From contig OY970368.1 in the NCBI GenBank assembly GCA_963718615.1, positions 6,016,001 to 6,080,000 of the forward strand: a stretch of DNA of 64,000 nucleotides, given 5' to 3'. Origin of the DNA: an uncultured cyanobacterium. GTDB taxonomy: Bacteria > Cyanobacteriota > Cyanobacteriia > PCC-9006 > JAAUQQ01. A program made the position numbers and the translations under genes. Positions within the stretch are counted from its first letter, which is position 1. Each line of letters opens with the position of its first letter. Below are positions 19,814 through 27,855 of the stretch, piece by piece. Below the pieces are notes generated by a model that was not told the DNA's origin, did no database searches, and saw nothing but the letters and a program-made list of their open reading frames with translations.

Positions 19814-19867
19814 AAAGGCGATCGCAAAGGACTGCTCCTAAAATTCCCATTCAAAACCCCATAACCC

Positions 19868-20097
19868 GTAGGTTGGCGTTGAGCGTAGCGAAACCCAACG
19901 GTTTTGGGGGCGATCGCCGGGGTTGTTGGGTTTCATTATGGGGGTTTTTGGGGAGGGGCGATCGCAAGGGCTGTTGGGTTTCATTATGGGGGTTTTTGGG
20001 GAGGGGCGATCGCAAGGGCTGTTGGGTTTCATTATGGGGGTTTTTGGGGAGGGGCGATCGCAAGGGCTGTTGGGTTTCATTCTTCAACCCAACCTAC
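19868..20097. mobile_element. REP doublet 4 containing a 48-bp tandem array
   Basis: Left REP 19868-19899; right REP 20069-20097. Confidence 0.85.
19924..20081 (+). repeat. 48-bp tandem repeat x3 plus partial, each unit with a HIP1 site and a REP half-site
   Basis: GTTGGGTTTCATTATGGGGGTTTTTGGGGAGGGGCGATCGCAAGGGCT starting at 19925, 19973, 20021; fourth start 20069 runs into the right REP. Confidence 0.95.
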
Positions 20098-20135
20098 AAT
20101 TGAGCTGTTGGTTTTTGTTTTTGGGGATCATCATC

Positions 20136-20939
20136 ATGGCGGAACTGACGATCAAACGCAGCATCAGAACGGCCCAATATTTCACCGAAGACTTAGGAAA
20201 CGGGGTTGGACTGGATATGGTGCTAATTCCCGGTGGAACCTTCCTGATGGGCTCCCCAGAAGACGAGCCAGAACGGTGGGACGATGAAGGTCCGCAGCAT
20301 GAGGTGACGGTGCCGAGCTTTTTCATGGGACGCTACCCGGTGACCCAAGCCCAATGGACAGCAATTGCCCAGAAGCGGAAGAGCAACCGCAAACTGGAAC
20401 TGGATCCATCAGGTTTCAAAGGGGCAGATCGCCCGGTCGAAAACATTGAGTGGGACGACGCCATGGAGTTTTGCGCTCGATTAAGCCGAGAGACGGGACG
20501 GGAATATCGTTTGCCGAGCGAAGCGGAATGGGAGTACGCCTGCCGAGCGGGGACGACAACACCGTTTCATTTTGGCGAAATGATCACGACCGAGCTAGCT
20601 AATTACAACGGTAGTGGCTACAACGGTGGCCCCGAAGGAGAATCTCGACAGGAGACAACCCCAGTGGGTAGCTTCCCAGCCAATGGATTTGGGCTCTGTG
20701 ACATGCATGGGAATGTCTGGGAATGGTGTGCAGATAACTGGCATAAAAACTATGAGAGAGCACCGGCGGATGGAAATGCTTGGTTAGACAAAGACTCTGG
20801 AATGTATGTACAACGCGGCGGCTCTTGGTTCTTCGCTCCCAGGATTTGCCGCTCCGCGTCCCGCGACGACTTCAGTCTCGCGCTCCGCAACAACGGTCTC
20901 GGTTTTCGAGTGATGTGTGTTTTGCCGAGGACTCCCTAG
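20136..20939 (+). CDS. Stand-alone FGE-sulfatase (SUMF1/CLec-fold) protein; putative DGR target
   Basis: ATG 20136 (upstream ORF extension is repeat-derived); [16 protein letters not shown]...[16 protein letters not shown]...RGGSW...CRSASR...GFRV. Confidence 0.9.
   Translation: MAELTIKRSIRTAQYFTEDLGNGVGLDMVLIPGGTFLMGSPEDEPERWDDEGPQHEVTVPSFFMGRYPVTQAQWTAIAQKRKSNRKLELDPSGFKGADRPVENIEWDDAMEFCARLSRETGREYRLPSEAEWEYACRAGTTTPFHFGEMITTELANYNGSGYNGGPEGESRQETTPVGSFPANGFGLCDMHGNVWEWCADNWHKNYERAPADGNAWLDKDSGMYVQRGGSWFFAPRICRSASRDDFSLALRNNGLGFRVMCVLPRTP
20808..20939 (+). other. DGR-like variable region VR2 with invariant 3' end
   Basis: Retains AAC AAC codons where VR1 has CAC TTC; shared 3' end and ~65-bp downstream segment with hairpin 20984-20998. 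Confidence 0.8.
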
Positions 20940-20998
20940 CCCTCTGCTCTTTTGCCCTCTTGCCCTTTTGGCTGCTGGCTGTTTCGCGCGCAGCGCGA

Positions 20999-21850
20999 TC
21001 AAATTTTCTGCCCCCCCAACACCCCATACACAATCGTCTTTTCCCGAAACCCCTGCTGCATCAACCGCACCGCAAACGCCCCCCGAACCGTCATCCAACC
21101 ACTCGTCAACACCCCCAAAATCGCCTGGGGACTCAGCGCCGACTCCAACACCACATCCCAAAACGGGGCCACCGCCTCCGACCAATCCGCCGTTTGCAAA
21201 TTTTCCAGGGGTAAGGTCTTGGCCATACTGGCATAATCCCCCAAGGAAACCACAAAAGGCAGATGATACAACTCATAGATTTCCTGCAACAGCCTCGTCT
21301 CCGCCGTTGTCAGCGCCGGTGGGAGCTCCCGATGACACCAGGTCGCCACGATCAGTTTCCCCCCCGGCCTCAGCACCCGACAACATTCCGCCAAAAACTG
21401 CTGCTTATCCGGCATGTGCTCCCCACTTTCCAGCGACCACACCAGATCAAAACTGGCATCGGCAAACGGCATTTCCAAGGCATTCTCCACCTGAAAATTG
21501 ACCCGGTGGGCAATCCCCGCCTCCGCCGCCCTGGCGCGCGCCCGCTGAGCTTGGGTCGGGCTCAGCGTAATGCCTGTGCCATCGGCCCCAAAGCGGCGAG
21601 CCAAATAGAGCGTGCTGCCCCCAATGCCACAGCCCACATCCAAAATCTCTTGCGCCTCCGTCACCCCCGCCCAACGGAGCAACGCTTCAATTAGGTCAAT
21701 TTGGGCCTGCCGCCGCTCCTTCGGCTCCTGGCCATCCGGGCCATAGTAGCCATGGTGCATGTGCTCACCCCAAACCTGCTCCCAGAGCCCCGAAGAGGCA
21801 TCATAAAACGCTTGGATGCGGCGGTAGAGTGCAGTCGTCGTTGCGGTCAT
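20999..21850 (-). CDS. vte4: Gamma-tocopherol methyltransferase-like SAM methyltransferase
   Basis: IQAFYDASSGLWEQVWGEHMHHGYY, ILDVGCGIGGS, FDLVWSLESGEHMPDK, ATWCHR. Confidence 0.85.
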   Translation of the reverse strand: MTATTTALYRRIQAFYDASSGLWEQVWGEHMHHGYYGPDGQEPKERRQAQIDLIEALLRWAGVTEAQEILDVGCGIGGSTLYLARRFGADGTGITLSPTQAQRARARAAEAGIAHRVNFQVENALEMPFADASFDLVWSLESGEHMPDKQQFLAECCRVLRPGGKLIVATWCHRELPPALTTAETRLLQEIYELYHLPFVVSLGDYASMAKTLPLENLQTADWSEAVAPFWDVVLESALSPQAILGVLTSGWMTVRGAFAVRLMQQGFREKTIVYGVLGGQKI

Positions 21851-21947
21851 TGAGAGCCCCTTTAGATTGCCATGTTGTCCAGTATGCGCTACATCTCATC
21901 ATGGAAGATCTATCCGATGACGCTTGAAAGCGGGAATTGTGAGCGTT

Positions 21948-22433
21948 ATGGAGTTTCATGGCAAAGTGATTTTGGGGATTGATCCGGCGATCGCCTCCAT
22001 CGGTTACGCCGCCATTTGCGATGCCACCGTGATCGACTACGGCGTGATCAAAACCCCCGCCTCAGCCAATCTGTACGATCGCCTCAAACAAATTCATCTG
22101 GATATCTGCGAACTCTGTACGATCGTCAAACCCGAAATCGTCGCCCTAGAAATGCCCTTCTTTAGCCGCGAAAACACCAACGCCAACAAGGTTTTGCGAG
22201 CGCTAGGGGTGATTCAAATGGCCCTAGGGGATTCTGGATTGCCGGATCCGATTTTTCTGCACCAATCCCAGGTGAAATCCGCCGTGGCTCAGTATGGAGC
22301 CGATAAGGGGGAAATTCAACTGGCGGTGGCATTTTTGTTTAATTTGTCGTCTCCGCCCAGACCGGACGATGCGGCGGATGCTTTGGCGATCGCCTACGCC
22401 GCCCAGATCGGAATGCGGGCGAATGTGCGATAG
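21948..22433 (+). CDS. ruvC: Crossover junction endodeoxyribonuclease RuvC
   Basis: ILGIDP, VALEMPFF, QVKSAV...ADK, PDDAADALAIA. Confidence 0.85.
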   Translation: MEFHGKVILGIDPAIASIGYAAICDATVIDYGVIKTPASANLYDRLKQIHLDICELCTIVKPEIVALEMPFFSRENTNANKVLRALGVIQMALGDSGLPDPIFLHQSQVKSAVAQYGADKGEIQLAVAFLFNLSSPPRPDDAADALAIAYAAQIGMRANVR

Positions 22434-22464
22434 GGAAATCCGGTCATGGGACCCGAGGAGAAGC

Positions 22465-23391
22465 ATGAATCAAGGCTGGACCTACGAAGAACGCATTGAC
22501 CGAACCGCAGCAGGGCAAACGGTGCTGGCCTACTATGTTCAGCGCTATCGACATTCTGGGGAGGGGGAATGGCGATCGCGCATCGAGTCCCAGCAGGTTT
22601 TTCTAGACGGATTGCCCACGACCCCAGACCACCCCCTCCAGCGGGGTCAGGTGTTGACCTATCATCGTCCCCCCTGGCAAGAACCCGAGGTGCCGCTGGA
22701 CTTTGATCAGGTCTATGCAGATGAGGACCTATGGGTGATCAACAAACCCTCTGGACTTCCCGTTATGCCGGGAGGCGGGTTCTTGGAGAATACCTTGCTA
22801 GGACAACTGCAACGACAGTATCCCACGGATACACCCGTGCCGATTCATCGCTTGGGTCGAGGGACCTCGGGGTTGGTGTTGTTGGGGCGATCGCCCTTGG
22901 CAAAATCTGAATTGACGCGGCAAATGCGCGATCGCCAAATCCGCAAATTTTATCGAGCCCTCATACCAAGCTACAACGCAGCGGGTGAATTGTTTCCTCC
23001 ACAGCTGACGATTCAAACTCCCATCGGTAAAGTGCCCCATCCGACCTTAGGCGAGATCTTTGCCGCCACCCCAGCGGGTCGCTTTGCCCAGAGCGATTGC
23101 CAGGTGCTTCGGCAAGATGCGCAAACAACTCTGCTTGAAGTTGAAATTTTCACAGGACGCCCCCACCAAATTCGGATTCATCTCGCTGCTGTGGGCTATC
23201 CTCTCCTCGGGGATCCGCTCTACCAACCGGGCGGACAACCTCGACTCGTGGCGAATGCTCAAGGAAAACTCCCGACACCGGGTGATTGTGGCTATAAACT
23301 CCATGCCTTCCGACTCGTATTTCGCCATCCGCGCTCCCAACAGCCCTTGACCCTCGAATGCTTACCCCCCAGCTTGGAGTTGTTGTCGTAG
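22465..23391 (+). CDS. RluA-family RNA pseudouridine synthase
   Basis: INKPSGLPV, IHRLGRGTSGLVL, TGRPHQIRIHLA..GYPLLGDPLY; ATG 22465 after GAGGAG. The usual HRLD Asp reads G here. Confidence 0.85.
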   Translation: MNQGWTYEERIDRTAAGQTVLAYYVQRYRHSGEGEWRSRIESQQVFLDGLPTTPDHPLQRGQVLTYHRPPWQEPEVPLDFDQVYADEDLWVINKPSGLPVMPGGGFLENTLLGQLQRQYPTDTPVPIHRLGRGTSGLVLLGRSPLAKSELTRQMRDRQIRKFYRALIPSYNAAGELFPPQLTIQTPIGKVPHPTLGEIFAATPAGRFAQSDCQVLRQDAQTTLLEVEIFTGRPHQIRIHLAAVGYPLLGDPLYQPGGQPRLVANAQGKLPTPGDCGYKLHAFRLVFRHPRSQQPLTLECLPPSLELLS

Positions 23392-24000
23392 GGCTCGCAG
23401 GGCACTGCTGGTATTTTGTTCACTGGCCCGTTGCATGGTTTCATGGATTAGAGTTTCTAGGAGAATTCCTGGGAAAAAACGACTATATTCCACGACCTGA
23501 TAGCCATCATTTTGAAATTGATAAATCTTAAGCTGTTTCCGTTCATAAAGCCAAACCTCAGGCACACCGTAGGGCACATAATCTTCGATGTCGGTGTAGC
23601 TAGTAACATCAATTTCAATGACTAAGTCTGGTGGTGGTTCAGTCTCCCAATCAATGCGTTCTTTCCCCGCAACCGCAACCCAATGGTCAATATAAAAACA
23701 ATAGTCCGGTTCCACACCTCGCACTTCCGGCAAATCCATCGTGATGGGCGTAAAAGCTTCGTAGTCTTGACCTTGGTTGTCTAGCAGGGCGATCGCAACC
23801 ATCGCAATTACATGAGCATCCCGGCCATGAACGGGTAACGGCGACATAAACAGAATTTCTCCGGGACGATATTTGATGCGGGGAAGTTGGCGATCGCCTA
23901 ACCGGTGAACCAGCTCCTGATAGTCCTGCCAAGTTCCAGGGGTACGCAGGACCGTGCCTGGGGGTAAGTGAATCTGCTCGGGTGTGACAACTGCATACAT
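23362..24000 (-). CDS. Uma2 (DUF820) family endonuclease-like protein
   Basis: TWQDY, MSPLPVH, EPDYCFYI, PPPDLVIEIDVTS, YGVPEVWLY. Confidence 0.9.
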   Translation of the reverse strand: MYAVVTPEQIHLPPGTVLRTPGTWQDYQELVHRLGDRQLPRIKYRPGEILFMSPLPVHGRDAHVIAMVAIALLDNQGQDYEAFTPITMDLPEVRGVEPDYCFYIDHWVAVAGKERIDWETEPPPDLVIEIDVTSYTDIEDYVPYGVPEVWLYERKQLKIYQFQNDGYQVVEYSRFFPGILLETLIHETMQRASEQNTSSALRALRQQLQAGG

Positions 24001-24062
24001 GGGCCGGATCCTCTTCGCACAAATAGCCTTGTGGGTTGTTCTGTTGTCTGTATTTTACAGTC

Positions 24063-25709
24063 CTATTTTAACGTTGCAGCGGCAAGGCGACAGGCGCGGG
24101 TCGTGATTGCCATCATGGTCAGTGTGGGACTTTGCCAACCGGAAGAAACCCAGCAAGCGCCATCGGTCACGAGCAAATTGGGTGCAGCCCAGCATTGATT
24201 TTGAGCATTCAGCACTGAGTTGCTAGGGGAACTCCCCATGGGGGCACCCCCCACCTCATGGATATAAAATCCTGGGGGGGCTGCAAAGGCCATGGTCTCT
24301 TCCATCCGATGAATATAACTGCCTAAAACAGGCACATGATAGAGGTCTGTGAGGGCCATGGATTCTCCGCCTGCGCGCTTGATAATTTCCTCAATTTGTT
24401 GATTCATATGCTTGAGCATGCGCTGTTCATTGTCGGACCAAGCACAGCTAATATGAGGGGTTGGAATGCCCCAAGCATCGGTGAGATGGGGATTGAGGTG
24501 CATGTAGTTTTCATAACGCGGCAAAACTTCTCCATGGGCGATCAAAAAGCCGATTGCTCCTTTGCCAACCTTGCGCAAAAAACCAGGCAAATCCGATCGC
24601 TGAATCCCGCCCCAGATGCCATAGCCCCGCAGAAACTCCTGATCTTGCTGTTTCAAATTACAAAAATTGGGAATAAAGAAACTTTCACTACCTGACAAAT
24701 TAAAGGCTTGCTCTGGGGGTTCGACGCCGGGGATAAAAAAGAATCGGCAGGTGGAAACATGGTCCATCAAATTGTGCCCCAGTAATCCTGATTCATCGAC
24801 CCACCCTTCTGCTTGAAACGGCTGGGTGGAATGCAGAAGAATCCTGACGGATTCCAAGGTCGAGGCACAAAGAATCACTAGTTTTCCGAGGACTTCGTGA
24901 CGCTGTTTCGTCTGGCGATCGACAAAACAGACCCCCTGCGCTTTTTTATGATTGGGGTCATACAGGACATGACTCACGACGGCATTCGATTGCAGCGTAA
25001 CCTGACCAGTGGCCAATGCAACTTTGAGCGCAGCCCCCTGGCTGGAGGAAGCGGGCCAAGGTTTCTCCGCCGTGGCTTGATGGAGCGGAAAGCCTCGGGA
25101 AGGAATGAGTTTGCGATCGGGCCACCGTTGCTCAACCCTCTGTTTGAGCTGCTGTTCCGCCGGAGTTAAGGGAGCCGCCGTACGGTAGTGGCCATCGGGA
25201 AGTTGGGGAAGGCCGTTGCGATCGCCCTGCACCCCCAAAAACTGCTCCAATTCGCTGTAGTAAGGCGCTAGATCGGCATAGCCAATCGGCCAGTCCTGAC
25301 CCTGGCGATCGCGACTCGCCGCCTTAAATTCATAGTCTGATAAACGCAGCGTAATTCCTCCCCAGGTCAGACTTTTCCCCCCCACTTGTCGACCCCGCAT
25401 CCAGCAGTAGGGTTTGTCCGCAGGGGTGGTATAGGGATTCTCAATTTCGTCAGTAAACAGGTTAGGATTGGCCTTCCAGTAGCCGGGGTGGGCCGCCTGA
25501 ATCGATTGCCGCTGGGTGACAAAAAGGTTAGACAGTCGCTGGGCCATGGCAACTGGACCGTTACGCAAATCGTTAGGCGTTACATCCCGTCCGGCTTCGA
25601 GTACCAAGACCATTAATCCCTCTTCGGCTAGGGTCTTAGCGGCAATCCCGCCCGTTGCGCCGGAGCCCACAATAATAGCGTCGTAAACTTGATTGATGGT
25701 CGAGTTCAT
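24063..25709 (-). CDS. GMC-family oxidoreductase
   Basis: DAIIVGSGATGG..A, VGGKSLTWGG, GHNLMDH, HEVGGAPMG, NLLVTDGA, SPTLTMMA. Confidence 0.9.
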   Translation of the reverse strand: MNSTINQVYDAIIVGSGATGGIAAKTLAEEGLMVLVLEAGRDVTPNDLRNGPVAMAQRLSNLFVTQRQSIQAAHPGYWKANPNLFTDEIENPYTTPADKPYCWMRGRQVGGKSLTWGGITLRLSDYEFKAASRDRQGQDWPIGYADLAPYYSELEQFLGVQGDRNGLPQLPDGHYRTAAPLTPAEQQLKQRVEQRWPDRKLIPSRGFPLHQATAEKPWPASSSQGAALKVALATGQVTLQSNAVVSHVLYDPNHKKAQGVCFVDRQTKQRHEVLGKLVILCASTLESVRILLHSTQPFQAEGWVDESGLLGHNLMDHVSTCRFFFIPGVEPPEQAFNLSGSESFFIPNFCNLKQQDQEFLRGYGIWGGIQRSDLPGFLRKVGKGAIGFLIAHGEVLPRYENYMHLNPHLTDAWGIPTPHISCAWSDNEQRMLKHMNQQIEEIIKRAGGESMALTDLYHVPVLGSYIHRMEETMAFAAPPGFYIHEVGGAPMGSSPSNSVLNAQNQCWAAPNLLVTDGACWVSSGWQSPTLTMMAITTRACRLAAATLK

Positions 25710-26317
25710 GGTTTGACTAGTCTAGTGTGGGTGTCATTGGGGGTGTGAATTGGGTGTGAATTGTGCAGTCGAATCAGGAAGCTATCCCGTCGATGAAAAT
25801 CTGCTTCCGGACCTCGATGGTTTAAGGCCCAATAACTTAGATTCTCCTGGGAATCTTGAATAATAGTTGTAATTCCGACTGTAATTACATCACTGGGCTG
25901 AATGATGGGGTCGAGGTCAAGATCAATCGAGAGTGTGAATGAGGTAGAGTCTACCCGTTGCACAGCAAAGGGTAAGCGAATCCAAGCCTTTTCTTCCTCC
26001 ATACCCTGTCGATAGTCTTCAAATCGGTAGATGTTCCAATGGCCAGCTGGTGAAAAGTTAAATTCCCAATAGCAAGGCCGATCTTCTAAACCGATAAAGA
26101 GCTCAAAACAAGTGCTTTGCCAAAGTTCATGGCGACGTTCGGGTGTTTTTGCCAGTGGTGGGATGGCGATCGCCCCTTGGAGATCATCTAAGTGATAGAT
26201 AAGCGATACTCCCTGTTGCGTTCGTTCGATCCTGCCCTCTAGGGAAATTGCAGGAGCTGTCGCCGGGGCAAACGGCTTGAGGTCAAACGACTTGAGGTCA
26301 AACGTGTACGCATTCAT
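25706..26317 (-). CDS. DOMON-like domain protein
   Basis: ELWQSTCFELFIG, YWEFNFSPAGHWNIYRFEDYR, SYWALNH...ADFH; 4-bp overlap with GMC gene. Confidence 0.8.
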   Translation of the reverse strand: MNAYTFDLKSFDLKPFAPATAPAISLEGRIERTQQGVSLIYHLDDLQGAIAIPPLAKTPERRHELWQSTCFELFIGLEDRPCYWEFNFSPAGHWNIYRFEDYRQGMEEEKAWIRLPFAVQRVDSTSFTLSIDLDLDPIIQPSDVITVGITTIIQDSQENLSYWALNHRGPEADFHRRDSFLIRLHNSHPIHTPNDTHTRLVKP

Positions 26318-26325
26318 AGAATGGT

Positions 26326-27483
26326 TTAGACTAGCACCGGTTGGAGACTTTGAATTAATCGCTGAAGGGTTTGAGCCTGAGCTTCAATACTCTGCACGAG
26401 CTGAAACTGAACCATCGCCCTTGCTAAGTTATGCTCAGGATACTTAACCTTAAAATAACGATTTCCTGCTAAATAGTCAGTCAAAAATCGTAATCCTAAC
26501 TCAAAGGTAATGAGCCGAATTGAATCAAACAAATAATCGTAATCTCCAGGGGTCAAAAAGTTTTGTGCAACGGACAAGTATCCTCGCAAAATAGCCTCGG
26601 CTAAATCCAGTTCAAATCGAACCGCATCCAATGCGTCGGTTTCTTCCCCCAGGGGATTGCAGCCCGATCGCAAACAATCGCCAATGTCATAATGCACTAA
26701 TCCTGGCTTCACCGTATCCAAATCAATCATGCTAACGGCTTGACCTGTGGTTTTATCCAGCATGACGTTATTAATTTTGGGGTCACCATGCATCAATCGG
26801 AGCGGTAATGCGCCCGCTTCTTTGGCGATTTCTAAGAGAGGGGCGATCGCCCGCCGCTTTTCCACAAATTTCAAACAACTTTTCACTTCTGCCGTTTGTT
26901 TAACCTGACTTTGTTCAACCTGACTTTGGGCCAATACCCGATCAAATTGGGCGAGATAGATCGGCGTAATATGAAATCCTGGCAGCGTATCGACTAAACG
27001 ACTAGCCGGTAAATCGCTAATCAAATTGTGAAACATGCCCAAACCGTAGCCGATTTCCTGGGCATGGTGAGTATCTTGAATTGTGTCTAAGGTGTGGGAC
27101 TGATCAATAAAGCTAAGGGCTCGCCAAAAGGACTGGTGAGTATCTTGATAATGATCCTGGTGCTGGCGGGTGAGCAACACTTGGGGGACTTCCCAGCGGC
27201 GGTTGTCGCTGAGCGGAGTGTAGGCGAGGCGATCGCGGACATGTTCAGTAAACACCCGCATATTTTGCATCACGCCTTGGGGATACTGAAAAATTTGAGT
27301 ATTGATGCGCTGTAAAATGAAATAGGGGTCTGGCGCACCATTGAGCAAGACCAAAAAAGTATCATTAATATTGCCGCTACCAAAGGGCTTAACCTGGGCA
27401 ACAGAGCCTTGGGTTGCGAATTGGTTGGCGATCGCCTCTAGGGATTCTGGACATGATTCTGACCTTAATGCTGACTCGCTCAT
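26326..27483 (-). CDS. Aminoglycoside-phosphotransferase-fold kinase (N-acetylhexosamine-1-kinase-like)
   Basis: GSGNINDTFLV, ILQRIN, HGDPKINNV, IDLDTVKPG, ELGLRFLTDYL..NRYFK; ATG 27483 avoids overlap with upstream gene. Confidence 0.82.
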   Translation of the reverse strand: MSESALRSESCPESLEAIANQFATQGSVAQVKPFGSGNINDTFLVLLNGAPDPYFILQRINTQIFQYPQGVMQNMRVFTEHVRDRLAYTPLSDNRRWEVPQVLLTRQHQDHYQDTHQSFWRALSFIDQSHTLDTIQDTHHAQEIGYGLGMFHNLISDLPASRLVDTLPGFHITPIYLAQFDRVLAQSQVEQSQVKQTAEVKSCLKFVEKRRAIAPLLEIAKEAGALPLRLMHGDPKINNVMLDKTTGQAVSMIDLDTVKPGLVHYDIGDCLRSGCNPLGEETDALDAVRFELDLAEAILRGYLSVAQNFLTPGDYDYLFDSIRLITFELGLRFLTDYLAGNRYFKVKYPEHNLARAMVQFQLVQSIEAQAQTLQRLIQSLQPVLV

Positions 27484-27487
27484 AAAA

Positions 27488-27796
27488 CTATTGAAGGGCT
27501 CCCGACTGCCCGTACAGTTCATCCATTTTTTCCGCTAGGGCAACATCTAAATTACTGATGACATGCCCTAGGTCATAGGTGAGTAGCTCGACAGAAACCG
27601 TATCGTAGATATTTTGCCAAATGGGATGATGGCCCAGTTTCTCGGCTTCAATCCCGACTCGTACCATCCAGCCCATGGCTTCCACAAAATTGGCAAACTT
27701 AAATTGCTTGTGTAGTTTCCCTGCTTCAACAGTCCAGCCTGAAAGGCGAGCTAGGGCTGTTTGAATTTCTACAGAACTGAGTTGATATCCAGACAT
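27488..27796 (-). CDS. phhB: Pterin-4a-carbinolamine dehydratase
   Basis: LSGW...LHKQFKFANFVEA, AEKLGHHP.W, DVALAEKMD. Confidence 0.85.
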   Translation of the reverse strand: MSGYQLSSVEIQTALARLSGWTVEAGKLHKQFKFANFVEAMGWMVRVGIEAEKLGHHPIWQNIYDTVSVELLTYDLGHVISNLDVALAEKMDELYGQSGALQ

Positions 27797-27855
27797 TTCT
27801 GTTTCTCCAAGCGTAAGTCAACCGATGAGTTAGAGCCTTTTTGAGTTAGAGCCTT

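Noticed and set aside
19135-19831. 15-bp direct repeat GGCGATCGCAAAGGA flanking rayT as a target-site duplication
   Set aside because: Core is the very common HIP1 octamer; one copy lies inside a REP doublet; HUH transposases do not make TSDs
19923-20135. N-terminal extension of the second FGE protein
   Set aside because: Translation of the 48-bp array and REP; ATG 20136 gives a normal domain start
20808-20939. VR2 as the DGR template repeat
   Set aside because: It is in-frame coding and has non-A bases at most variable sites (TTC TTC GCT, GAC GAC); only two AAC codons remain
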